NCBI GenBank assembly: GCA_031407875.1
Contig: JANOIV010000191.1
Span: forward strand, 6,419 to 70,418
Length of the DNA: 64,000 nucleotides
Reading direction: 5' to 3'
Source: Desulfobulbaceae bacterium
GTDB taxonomy: Bacteria > Desulfobacterota > Desulfobulbia > Desulfobulbales > Desulfocapsaceae
Shown: one piece after another, positions 8,876 to 19,400 of the stretch
Layout of the letters: every line of letters starts with the position of its first letter
Position numbering within the stretch: position 1 is the stretch's first letter
Made by a program: the position numbers and the translations under genes
The notes under the pieces: model-generated
What the model was told of the DNA's origin: nothing
The model's input: only the letters and a program-made list of their open reading frames with translations
Database searches by the model: none

Positions 8876-9195
8876 GTATGTTTTCTCAAGCGATCACCCG
8901 GATTTCCCCAGGCATGACTCCGATCTGAGACAGAGCAGGGGGACAGATCGCGGAGGAAATGCTCAGGTCAACCGAGGTAAGCGGTGAGTTCGGCCACAAT
9001 ATTCGGAATGTACGCCAAACATCTATTGAAAATTCTTCACAAACAGAGCATCATAGACCATAATGACAGTGATTCTGCTTCGATATTGACATATCAATTT
9101 TTCGCATATATATGTTCTATTTTGGATATAGTTTACTCATCTCTCAGGATTTTCAGTTCGCCTGGCGATCCAACATCAATGAAGGGGAAGGATTA

Positions 9196-10896
9196 ATGGG
9201 AAAAATGACCGGCTCCCAAGCTATAATTAAATGCCTCCTGGAAGAGGGGGTCAAAACAATATTTGGTTACCCGGGTGGTGCTGTTATTGATCTCTATGAC
9301 GCCTTGATGGGTTCTGATATTAACCATGTCCTTGTGCGCCATGAACAGGGCGCGGTCCATGCGGCCGATGCCTTCAGCAGGGTCACGGGCGAGGTCGGTG
9401 TGGCCCTGCTCACCTCTGGCCCCGGGGCGACAAACGGCGTCACAGGGATCGCCACTGCCTATCTCGACTCCATCCCCTTGGTTGTTCTGACAGGCCAGGT
9501 GCCACGTTCCCTTATCGGCAACGACGCCTTCCAGGAAGTGGACATAGTCGGTATCACCCGTCCCTGCACCAAGCACAATTATCTGGTAAGCAATAAGGAT
9601 GAACTGGTTCAGACCCTGCGTGAGGCCTTTCACATCGCCAGAACCGGCCGCCCCGGTCCGGTTCTAGTGGATCTGCCCAAAGATCTGATGGCCGGCCAGC
9701 TTTCTTATCCGGAAAAGAAACCGATACGCATGCAGAACTATCAACCCACCTATGAACCGCATATCGGCCAGATCGCCAAGGCTTGCAAATTTATCCTGAA
9801 GGCCAGAAAACCGGTATTGTATGTCGGTGGCGGAGTCATCCTGTCGGATTCCTATAAAGAGCTGGAAGAACTGGCAACCACTCTCAACATGCCGGTGACC
9901 ATGACCCTGATGGGCCTCGGGGCCTTCCCCGGCTCGCATCCTCTCTCCATGGGCATGCTCGGCATGCATGGCAGCTATACCGCCAATATGGCGGTGGCCC
10001 AGTGCGATCTGCTCATCGCCGTCGGGGCCCGCTTTGATGACCGGGTAACCGGCAAACTCGAAGAGTTCGCCACTAATGCCAAGGTGATCCATATCGACAT
10101 TGACCCGACCTCCATCAGCAAAAACGTCAAGGTCGATGTGCCGATAGTCGCCGATTGCCAGTATGCCCTCACTGCCATCAATAACTGGTTTGCCAGAGAG
10201 CCAGGACTTAATCTCAAGGAAGAGGCCGCCCTGCATGATCCCTGGATCGAAACCATCAAGGAATGGCAGACCAAGTACCCGATGTCCTATAAGGATGATG
10301 GTGAGCTGATCAAACCGCAATACGTCGTCGAGATGCTGGACAAGCTGTCCGGCGGCGATGCGATTATCACCACCGAGGTCGGCCAGAACCAGATGTGGAC
10401 CGCCCAGTTCTATAAATTCAACAAACCACGACATTTTGTCACCTCCGGCGGGCTCGGCACCATGGGCTTTGGTCTGCCCGCCGCCATAGGTGCCCAGATG
10501 GCCTTTCCCGACAAACTCGTCATTGATATCGCCGGTGACGGATCAATCCAGATGAATATCCAGGAACTGGCCACGGCCAAGCAGTATAAATGCCCGGTGA
10601 AGGTCGCCATCCTGAACAACGGCTACCTGGGAATGGTGCGCCAGTGGCAGGAACTCTTTTATGACAAACGCTATTCTGGTACAGTCATGGACGTGACACC
10701 TGATTTTGTCAAACTGGCCGAGGCCTACGGAGCAGTCGGACTGCGGGCCACCAAGAAGAGCGAGGTAATCCCGGTTATACAAGAGGCGTTTGCCACTGAC
10801 AATCTGGTTATCATGGACTTTTCCGTGGCCAGGGAAGAAAAGGTGTATCCCATGGTGCCGGCTGGCAAGGCCAACACGGAAATGCTGCTCGTCTAG
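9196..10896 (+). CDS. ilvB: acetolactate synthase large subunit
   Basis: FGYPGGAV, VRHEQGA, TSGPGATN, GDGS..MN TPP motif. Confidence 0.96.
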   Translation: MGKMTGSQAIIKCLLEEGVKTIFGYPGGAVIDLYDALMGSDINHVLVRHEQGAVHAADAFSRVTGEVGVALLTSGPGATNGVTGIATAYLDSIPLVVLTGQVPRSLIGNDAFQEVDIVGITRPCTKHNYLVSNKDELVQTLREAFHIARTGRPGPVLVDLPKDLMAGQLSYPEKKPIRMQNYQPTYEPHIGQIAKACKFILKARKPVLYVGGGVILSDSYKELEELATTLNMPVTMTLMGLGAFPGSHPLSMGMLGMHGSYTANMAVAQCDLLIAVGARFDDRVTGKLEEFATNAKVIHIDIDPTSISKNVKVDVPIVADCQYALTAINNWFAREPGLNLKEEAALHDPWIETIKEWQTKYPMSYKDDGELIKPQYVVEMLDKLSGGDAIITTEVGQNQMWTAQFYKFNKPRHFVTSGGLGTMGFGLPAAIGAQMAFPDKLVIDIAGDGSIQMNIQELATAKQYKCPVKVAILNNGYLGMVRQWQELFYDKRYSGTVMDVTPDFVKLAEAYGAVGLRATKKSEVIPVIQEAFATDNLVIMDFSVAREEKVYPMVPAGKANTEMLLV

Positions 10897-10967
10897 GATC
10901 CACTAGATACCCAGTACAACCAGAGAAACCCCGATCCGGTTTCTCACCAAACGATTACAGGACCACA

Positions 10968-11453
10968 ATGAAACACACCATTTCCGTTCTTCTGCAAAAT
11001 AAGCCAGGGGTGCTCTCCCGCGTCACAGGTCTCTTCAGCGGCAGAGGTTTCAACATTGAAAGCCTCTGTGTCGCCGAAACCCTTGATCCCGGTATATCCT
11101 GTCTGACCCTGGTCACCAGCGGTGATAATTCCATTATCGAGCAGATCACCAAGCAACTGCATAAACTCATTGATGTCATCAAAGTAACCGACATCAGTGA
11201 AAAGGAATATGTTGAACGGGAGATGGTGCTGATCAGAATCAAGGCGGAGGCCCATACCCGCGCCGAGGTATTGCGGGTGATTGACATCTTCAGAGGCAAG
11301 GTAGTGGATGTCAGCTCCAAAAGCTATGCAGTTGAAGTGACGGGGTCCGCCTCGAAGATCCAGGCAATTATCGATCTGCTTCGCCCGATCGGCATCAAAG
11401 AAATAGTGCGCACCGGTACGATAGCCATGTCCAGAGCCTCAAAATCAAAGTAG
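10968..11453 (+). CDS. ilvN: acetolactate synthase small subunit
   Basis: NKPGVLSRVTGLFSGRGFNIESL ACT domain. Confidence 0.96.
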   Translation: MKHTISVLLQNKPGVLSRVTGLFSGRGFNIESLCVAETLDPGISCLTLVTSGDNSIIEQITKQLHKLIDVIKVTDISEKEYVEREMVLIRIKAEAHTRAEVLRVIDIFRGKVVDVSSKSYAVEVTGSASKIQAIIDLLRPIGIKEIVRTGTIAMSRASKSK

Positions 11454-11620
11454 GATGAAGTTCGATTCCCGTGCAGGGCAATCTTCTTCCTGTGAAATAA
11501 CCAATCGCAACTGGGGAATCACAATTTCGTCTTGACAGATTCCCCCCCAAACTGACCACAGACCTCAGGTAGACACAGCGGTCGAACGTACTGCTGGCCG
11601 CTGTCCTGGGTCCAAAGTTC

Positions 11621-12283
11621 ATGAGAGGAACCAAAACAATGCTTTCCCCACAAATTCCTATCGCCAAAGAAGGCTTCCCCTTTATCGGCATATCAGCCTT
11701 TATCACCCTTATCTGCGCAATCCTCGGCTATAGCTGCCTCACAACAATAGCATTGATCACCACCGCTTTTATTCTCTACTTTTTCAGGGATCCCGAAAGA
11801 TTCATCCCCGAGAGAAGCGACGCCTTGGTGGCTCCAGCTGACGGCAAGATCATTCTGATCGAAGACGTCTCCGACACGGCCTTCACCCAGACTCAGGCCT
11901 ATAAGATCTCCATCTTCATGAACGTCTTCAATGTGCACGTCAACCGCATTCCCTGTGACGGCACGGTAGACAGGGTCATGTATACCCCCGGAAAATTCTA
12001 CTCCGCCGATTCAGCTCAGGGGGCTCTGCATAATGAATATTGCGCCACGCTCCTGACTACCGCATCCGGCCGAAAGATCGCCTTTGTGCAGATTGCCGGC
12101 CTGATTGCCAGAAGAATCGTCTGCTGGCTTGAACCATTGGATACTGTGCAGCGTGGCAGGCGTTTTGGTCTGATCCGATTTGGATCACGGGTTGACCTCT
12201 ATCTCCCGAAAGACACGGAACTCAAGATAACGGTCGGCCAGAAGGTCATTGCCGGGGAAACCATCCTCGGCTACCTTTCCTGA
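11621..12283 (+). CDS. psd: phosphatidylserine decarboxylase proenzyme (start may be 11639)
   Basis: FFRDPER, SIFMNVFNVHVNR, FGSRVD autocleavage motif. Confidence 0.93.
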   Translation: MRGTKTMLSPQIPIAKEGFPFIGISAFITLICAILGYSCLTTIALITTAFILYFFRDPERFIPERSDALVAPADGKIILIEDVSDTAFTQTQAYKISIFMNVFNVHVNRIPCDGTVDRVMYTPGKFYSADSAQGALHNEYCATLLTTASGRKIAFVQIAGLIARRIVCWLEPLDTVQRGRRFGLIRFGSRVDLYLPKDTELKITVGQKVIAGETILGYLS

Positions 12284-12642
12284 GATCACTTGAAATTTTT
12301 TTGCCTTTTGCGACCATGTACATAATTACCCGTGACCGCAGAACAAGAGCTGATGCTCTTTGTCCTTTTTATGCTATACTCCGTATCAGGACCGGCATTG
12401 AGGATAATAAGCGAACCAGGGGTACTGCGGCCAAGGGCAGTTTAGTACACCGGGCTGCAGAACGATAGCCTGTCTGCAGTATCGGAACAAACCTTTCAGA
12501 CGCACATCGGCATTGAGTTCTGTTGTGAGTCTGTTGTTTGTTTACATCTTGGAATTTTTCGGTTTTCAAACCTCAAGAAACCCGGATTCCTGCCATATCA
12601 CCCCTTTAAACGGGGCATTTTTTCATTTCTGAGGATTGTGTA

Positions 12643-13671
12643 ATGAGTAAATCGAGCAAATTATATAATGTCGCGGTTGCCGGAGCCACAGGAGCAGTCG
12701 GTGGCGCCATGCTGGATGTCCTAGAAAGAAAGAACTTTCCCGTCAAGGAATTGCGGCTCCTTGCCTCCGAGCGCTCCGTCGGCAAGACCCTCACCTTTAA
12801 AGGACAAGAGATCCCCGTCCAACTTCTCACAAAAGACGCCTTTCAAGGTATCGATATAGCCCTTTTTTCGGCCGGAGGTGACCGTTCTCTCGAATTCGGC
12901 CCGGCGGCTGCTGCCGCCGGCGCGGTTGTTGTCGACAACTCCAGTGCCTTCCGCATGGATCCCGAGATTCCTCTCGTTATCCCGGAAGTGAATCCCCATG
13001 CCATCGCCCAATATACCAACAGGGGTATCATCGCCAACCCCAACTGCTCTACCATCCAGATGCTGGTCGCCCTCAAGCCGATTTACGATAAGGTGGGGAT
13101 AAAACGCATCGTCGTCTCAACCTATCAGGCCGTTTCAGGGACCGGGGCCAAGGCAATTGCCGAGCTGAAAAACCAGATTATGGCCTATGCAGCCGGCAAA
13201 CCGCTGGAAGCCAAGGTTTATCCTCACCAGATCGCCTTTAACTGCCTGCCGCAGATCGATTCGTTCCTTGACAACGGTTACACCAAGGAAGAGATGAAGA
13301 TGGTCAATGAAACCAGGAAGATTTTCGAGGATCTGCAGATCGGCGTCACGGCAACGGCCGTTAGGGTTCCCGTGTACTATGGCCATTCAGAATCCATCAA
13401 TATCGAGACGAAAGAAAAGATCAGCGCCAGTGAAGTCAAAAAAATCCTGGCCACAGCCCCGGGGGTCACGCTCGTCGATGAACCAGCCAAGGGCATATAT
13501 CCTCTGGCTACCGACTGCACCGGAACATTTGAGACCCTTGTCGGCCGCATTCGTGAAGATGAATCCATCGCCAATGGCATCAATCTCTGGGTGGTCTCCG
13601 ACAATATTTTAAAAGGCGCGGCCCTCAATGCTGTGCAGATAGCTGAAAAACTCATAGCCGATTATCTCTGA
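12643..13671 (+). CDS. asd: aspartate-semialdehyde dehydrogenase
   Basis: GATGAVG, DNSSAFRM, ANPNCSTIQ, DNILKGAALN. Confidence 0.97.
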   Translation: MSKSSKLYNVAVAGATGAVGGAMLDVLERKNFPVKELRLLASERSVGKTLTFKGQEIPVQLLTKDAFQGIDIALFSAGGDRSLEFGPAAAAAGAVVVDNSSAFRMDPEIPLVIPEVNPHAIAQYTNRGIIANPNCSTIQMLVALKPIYDKVGIKRIVVSTYQAVSGTGAKAIAELKNQIMAYAAGKPLEAKVYPHQIAFNCLPQIDSFLDNGYTKEEMKMVNETRKIFEDLQIGVTATAVRVPVYYGHSESINIETKEKISASEVKKILATAPGVTLVDEPAKGIYPLATDCTGTFETLVGRIREDESIANGINLWVVSDNILKGAALNAVQIAEKLIADYL

Positions 13672-13791
13672 TTTTCGGCCATCCCTGAAACTACCCGGCC
13701 TAACTTGTGCCTCCACAAGGGATGGCCGGGTAGCAGTCAAAGTCAAGCTGTATTCGGCAGATACCCGATTCTCCACCTTACTGGTCAATAC

Positions 13792-14433
13792 TTGAGAATT
13801 ATCAGCGGATGGGCCAGAGGCAGAAAGCTCTTTTCCCCACCAGGAAACAGCCAGGTTATCAGACCTACCTCTGATCGCGCACGGGAGGCCCTGTTTAATA
13901 TCATCAGCGGCCACATTGCCCATGCCGATGTCCTCGATCTCTTTGCCGGCACCGGTGCCCTGGGCCTTGAGGCCTTGAGCCGCGGAGCGAAGACTGTGAC
14001 ATTTGTTGAAAAAAACCACCAGGCACTGGAACTGATCAAACGAAATATCCTGATATGTATGCCGGAAATCAGCACGTCACCACCGGAATTTCCACTCCGA
14101 AAGCCACTCTCTGATCTGGAAAAACCTGCCACCATTTCGGTCATTCGACATGACCTGCGAAAAGGCCTGCCCTTAAAAACCTTTGACAAAAAACAGCTTT
14201 CACGCTTTGATCTGGTATTTCTAGATCCACCTTATTCCACAGGGCTTTGCCAACAGCTTTTGACAGACTGGAACAACCATAATCGCCTGACACCGAACGG
14301 TCTTCTCATTGCAGAAGAACGATCACGTGAGACACTGGTTGGCCAATTGTCCACCCTCAGGCTCGTAGACAAACGCACCTATGGCGATACCGGCTTCTGG
14401 ATCTATCAAGGCACACAGCCAAACCATCCATAA
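13792..14433 (+). CDS. rsmD: 16S rRNA m2G966 methyltransferase
   Basis: (M)RIISG..RGRKL, RPTSDRAREALFN, DLFAGTGALG, LDPPY; TTG start inferred. Confidence 0.9.
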   Translation: MRIISGWARGRKLFSPPGNSQVIRPTSDRAREALFNIISGHIAHADVLDLFAGTGALGLEALSRGAKTVTFVEKNHQALELIKRNILICMPEISTSPPEFPLRKPLSDLEKPATISVIRHDLRKGLPLKTFDKKQLSRFDLVFLDPPYSTGLCQQLLTDWNNHNRLTPNGLLIAEERSRETLVGQLSTLRLVDKRTYGDTGFWIYQGTQPNHP

Positions 14434-14482
14434 CTACCAGTGGATCCAGCTTGTTTTCTCTTAACGTATTGAGGAACAGATA

Positions 14483-14986
14483 ATGGAAGATACCCTGAAC
14501 GGCCCCTCCATCTCCATCTACCCGGGAACCTTTGATCCCATTACCAATGGTCATATTGACATCATCAATCGCGCACTCAACCTCTTCGATACTGTCCTCG
14601 TTGCTGTGGCCATCAATCCCGGCAAAACCCCTCTCTTCACCCTGGAAGAACGGATAGAGATGATAAGAGGTGTCTTCGACGAAAAATCCTCACGGGTGAG
14701 AGTGGTATCAGTGTCGGGTCTGCTGGTGGAATATGCCGTCCGGCAAAAGGCCAGAGCAATCATCCGCGGTCTCCGGGCGGTTTCCGACTTTGACTATGAA
14801 TTTCAACTTGCCCTTATGAATAGAAAACTCGAACGAGAGGTTGACACCATCTTTCTCATGCCAGGTCTCAGGTGGATTTTTATCAGCTCTTCGATTATCA
14901 AGGATGCAGCCCGCCATGGAGGTGACATCAGCGATATGGTGCCGCCATATGTGAGTGAAATGCTGAAGAGCAAATTTGCTCTTTGA
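14483..14986 (+). CDS. coaD: pantetheine-phosphate adenylyltransferase
   Basis: YPGTFDPITNGHIDII, RGLRAVSDFDYE, ISSS. Confidence 0.97.
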   Translation: MEDTLNGPSISIYPGTFDPITNGHIDIINRALNLFDTVLVAVAINPGKTPLFTLEERIEMIRGVFDEKSSRVRVVSVSGLLVEYAVRQKARAIIRGLRAVSDFDYEFQLALMNRKLEREVDTIFLMPGLRWIFISSSIIKDAARHGGDISDMVPPYVSEMLKSKFAL

Positions 14987-15405
14987 CAAAGACAATGCTC
15001 ACGTCCAAACGAACGGCCCGGCTTACTCTCCTGACAAGAAGGTCCCTCTTGCTCCTCGGAGGGCTGGCTTTGCTCCACCCGATTTTACGCTTTATTGGCT
15101 TCCATGTACCCCGAAAACCGCTGAAGATTGAGGTCACGAAACAGCTTGCCCCGGGAAAATATTTTCTCGCGCCACAATTCATTCTCTTTGCCACAGAAAA
15201 AAAAATCTGGGCCGTCTCACGCAAATGCACCCATCTCGGTTGCACACTCAATTTCAGCGAAAACGATGACATATTGATATGCCCCTGCCACCAGAGCCAT
15301 TTCTCCAAAGAAGGCCTGGTCTTGCAAGGCCCCGCCCAGACCCCTCTCAAGATCTATGCAGTTGAAAAACGTGAGAGCTCACCCTTTTTCACTGTCACCA
15401 TGTGA
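14983..15405 (+). CDS. Rieske 2Fe-2S protein
   Basis: CTHLGC and CPCH boxes, GPA..PL; Tat-like TRRSLL anchor. Confidence 0.92.
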   Translation: MTKTMLTSKRTARLTLLTRRSLLLLGGLALLHPILRFIGFHVPRKPLKIEVTKQLAPGKYFLAPQFILFATEKKIWAVSRKCTHLGCTLNFSENDDILICPCHQSHFSKEGLVLQGPAQTPLKIYAVEKRESSPFFTVTM

Positions 15406-16259
15406 TTGAGCAGCCAATGGTCCTGAACACGCTGTATTTGTTTTACAAAAGCGCCAAATGGGGTGCATGGAGCCTGATCTGTCTTTATATCTCACTCTTT
15501 TCCGGTATACTCGTCGGCCTGCAATATGATCCGGCGGCTCCATATTATTCAGCGACCGCCATAGACCTGCTGATCCCTTACGGCCAATATTTCCGTTCTC
15601 TGCATTTCTACTCAAGTCAGCTCTTTTTTCTCGTGGCTATCGTTCATCTCCTGACCACCTTCCACAGTACAGACAGTTACACCAGTCGCCAGTGGTCTCG
15701 GCTTGTGCTCCTCCTGCCGGTCATGATTCTGCTGCTCTTTACCGGCTATGTCCTCCGTGCCGACAGCACCGGCTCCTCTGCCGGTTTTATAGCTGAATCA
15801 ATTCTTCTGGCAATACCTGTTGCTGGCCCCTTGCTCAACAGCCTCCTTCTCTCCATAAGCGAGCATGGTATGCAGCGGGTCTATATCACGCATGTCATAA
15901 CCCTCGATCTCATCTGGCTCGTCCTGGCCTGGGAGCATCTTTGCCGCTATCGGATCCGCTTCACCGATCATCTGGCAGTGACCGGCCTGGTACTCCTCTT
16001 CAGCGTCTTCATTGCCGCCCCCATCGATCCTGAAAAACTTGGTGTCACCTATATCTCGGGGCCCTGGTTTTTTCTTGGCCTGCAGGAATTGCTTCGTTAT
16101 CTCTCGCCGATCCTTGCAGGTTTCCTCTTTCCGGCTGCCCTTATTGCAGCATTGCTTATGACCCGGAAAAAATATCGGTTTTTCACCGCTGTCGTTCTCT
16201 TTCTCTTTATCTGGTTGCTCAGTTATCTTGTCCTGACAGGTATCGCACTTTCACGATAA
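15402..16259 (+). CDS. cytochrome b/b6-like membrane protein
   Basis: Four candidate heme His (RSLH, IVH, ITH, WEH), FTGYVL, GPWFFLGLQELL. Confidence 0.88.
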   Translation: MIEQPMVLNTLYLFYKSAKWGAWSLICLYISLFSGILVGLQYDPAAPYYSATAIDLLIPYGQYFRSLHFYSSQLFFLVAIVHLLTTFHSTDSYTSRQWSRLVLLLPVMILLLFTGYVLRADSTGSSAGFIAESILLAIPVAGPLLNSLLLSISEHGMQRVYITHVITLDLIWLVLAWEHLCRYRIRFTDHLAVTGLVLLFSVFIAAPIDPEKLGVTYISGPWFFLGLQELLRYLSPILAGFLFPAALIAALLMTRKKYRFFTAVVLFLFIWLLSYLVLTGIALSR

Positions 16260-16393
16260 GTCGTCGTGCAAAAATAACCGTACCGTTTGAAGCCGATCGC
16301 TCTTCATCTGTCCCTGGAGCGAGCGACATGAGACCATACATGGCCCTCGTACGAAATGGTCAGGAATGTAATGATTATTTCGGAACGGCTCCT
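16257..16393. mobile_element. degenerate MITE-like element
   Basis: Right end TTATTTCGGAACGGCTCCT matches the 8587..8637 arms; weakly similar left end at the cytochrome b stop codon. Confidence 0.4.
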
Positions 16394-16437
16394 GAAGACT
16401 GCCATCCCCCTCTGCCACAGTTCCGAACCGCAAGAAC

Positions 16438-16476
16438 AAAAAAAGGCTGCGTCCCTTGCGCAGGGAGGCAGCCTTT
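16438..16476 (-). terminator. intrinsic terminator
   Basis: AAAGGCTGC(G)TCCCT / AGGGAGGCAGCCTTT stem with a T run on the minus strand. Confidence 0.8.
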
Positions 16477-16499
16477 GTGAATGTACTTATGAGTTGGAA

Positions 16500-19400
16500 T
16501 CAAACCATATTCTGCTCTTCGTTTCCTTTCAATTCATTCCGTAATGCCGCCAGATCATTCTGCCACTCCTGGCGAATCAGGGCAAATTCACCCTGAATCA
16601 AGGATCTAAACTGCTGATCAAAAGGGGCAGATTCAGGCGTATCATTTACAATTTCAGTACGTTCTGTTGCAAGTTCCGCTTCCAAATCTGAAAAGAACAG
16701 GTCATCTACGGCGGTTTCTTCATCATCTGGTTTTCTCTCAGCAGATGCGGGGTGCGGGTCTTGCTCTTTGGCAAAGGTAATCTCATCCTCCGGCCCCAGG
16801 TCTTCGTCTGCAACATCTACGAATACAGCTGCGAACTCATTTTCTGTCTCATCCTCAATAAATGAGATTTCCTCATCATCGAGTGATTCACCGGGTTCGA
16901 AGCGCACAGGGTCGGCAAAAGTCAGCTGATCACCTTTGGCGACCGCCTGTCTGTTCAACATTCTTTGTTGCCAAAGCAGAACCTTGGTCGTCTCGACAAG
17001 AAGCACTTCCTGGGCCGCCAAATCATTAACCGCTTCGAGTGAGTCGGCAAAGCTCTTCATCACCGACTGCAGAAGGCTGAAGGCCTCTGAACTTGATTCA
17101 TAGCGATATTGATCAATATGCTGCGTTATGGTTGAGAGTAATAGGAGGAACAATTTATCTAGAGGCTGGGAAATCGCTCGACTCCGAAGTGCATCAATTT
17201 CCTTATAGAGACCTTGAACAATCGAATCATCCAACGCAAGGCCGATAGAACTGACACAGGCATAGAGGTTAGACAGGGGATCTTCAACTGAGGGAAGAAT
17301 GAATTCCTCTTCGAAAGAGGCTCCTTCATCGTACGGGGGCTCTGACTCGTCTGCAATCACGGACAATAGTTCAGCATCCAGAGTGTCTTCAGGTCCCAGG
17401 TCTACAGGATCGGCTTGCAACTGACCTGCATCAAGCAATTGAGAATGCGGCAAGGCATCTTCTGCAACCTCTTCATCCACTTCCTCAAAAATCGCGAGGG
17501 CCTCGACTTCATTCTCTTCCTGGAAAGATGCTTCGGCCAAAAACGCGCCTGCTTCATCCCCTTCTGCCCCAATTTCAGTAGTATCCTGTGCGCTATCTAC
17601 AAACTGAATAGTAGAGGAATCAGCCTCTTGGGCAGGAACTGCGAGCTGGTCTCCCTCACCAGTTTTCACGACCGGAGGATCTTCCTGCAACGCTGAAGAA
17701 GATTCCGGTTCCAGAGAAAGGGTGAGGTCTTTAGTCTCCTCAACTATCTCTTCGTCTCTTGTTTCGCCGGCAAAAAGATTTTCCTCCTCGCCAAAGCTGG
17801 AGAAAACATCCTCGTCTTCCTCCACCAATTCAAAGACAACTTCTTCTTGCTCTGGTTCAATAGTTGTCGCGAGGAAACTGACGATTTCAGTTTCTGCGAT
17901 AATTTCTGCTCTGAGGACTTCCTGCTCAAAGAGCGAAGAAGCCGGCTGATCCTCTGCATGAGAAGCGAGTGCCTGTTCAAGACCAGCCACCATTTGGTGC
18001 TGCTCTTCTTCCTGTACCTCAGTGAGCCTGAGCCCCTCCGTCTCTATTTCACCCGCAGGCTCAGCAAAAAGCTCACTTGCCGGCATCCCATGATCGAAGA
18101 CCTCATCCCGGTCCTCAACAGATATTTCCTCTTCCACTTCCTCAAGAGCAAAGAAGGAGTCTAGATGGTCTTCCAATGCAACTTCTGATTCAGCGTCGGC
18201 ACCTGGCAACTCGGCAAGTCTATTCTCATCCTGAAGATTGCCAGACAAGGCTGGAATTGGTTCATCCAATGTAAAGGATAACTCATCTGCATCTTTCAAG
18301 GCTGTCTCGGTTTGCCAGCCAGAACCGGCAATCGGTTCTTCATCTGAGAGAGCCGGAGCCAGATCACCGTTGGCATAGGCCAGAGCCTCCTCAACCGAAT
18401 CCTCTTCATCTTCGGTCTCGACATTGACTCCCTGCAAGGCTTCCAGTTTTCCGGCAAGACTTGCAGCTGCAATGACCTCAGCCGGCGCTTTCTCGAAATC
18501 TTCAAGCTCATCTTCCGACAGGGAAAGGTAAGGCGTTTGTTCTTCGACCGGGCCCTTCTCGTCAGCAAAGAAATCATCCAGGCTATTTTCAAGATCTCCG
18601 GCCAGGCTTTTCTGTTCCTCGATTATGCCAAAAGCTTGTATGTCCCTCCGACTCTCCTCACCAATCTCTGCCAAGGCAGGGGCAAGTTGGCCTGCCTCAA
18701 GTGGCAGCTCATCCTCGTCGGAATCATCATCGGCCTCAGTCTCAACGTCGACCCCTCGCAAGGCCATTGCCTGGTCAACATGAGGGGCACCAGGGTTTTC
18801 ACCATCAGAAAAATCGGTCTGAAAAATGGCATCCAACTGCGCCTCGGCAGCATCTCTGAATTCGTCTCTCGGCTCCCTTTCTACCGGAGAGGGCGTTTTT
18901 ACTACATCAACATGCAATTGATCAAGATCTAACTCCTCAGAAAAAAACATATCGACCTGATTGGCCACATTGAATGTTGAGGTAAACCCAAGAGCTGCAG
19001 CCTCTTCTTCTTCCTGAAAGCCCCTGGCCTCTCCTTCCGGCAGATCGGAAAAAGCTGGAGCGATTCTTCCTTCCTCCCCATCTTCATCATCATATTCAAT
19101 AAAATCTTCATCCGTCTCGCCCTGTGTCACCTCTGGAGAGATTGTGGAGCCGATGATCGCTTTAAAGGCATTGAATTTCTCAACCTCAGGGAACAGCGTT
19201 GCCTTTTCTTCTTCAAGCGAAAGGGGTGTCGCTACTATTTTTTCCAATCCGGCGAAAAATGAATGGAGCAGTTTGAATGCATCTGCATGGGAGTTGCTTT
19301 TTTTAAGCCTGATGTATGCCCCAAGCGTCCCGATTCCCTGCAGAAAGATCAGTTTTGGCCGACTTCCGGTGAACACTTCTTCGAGCCTTATAACTTCATC

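Noticed and set aside
12284-12642. Possible lysine riboswitch upstream of asd
   Set aside because: L-box consensus elements not found by eye; only short hairpins
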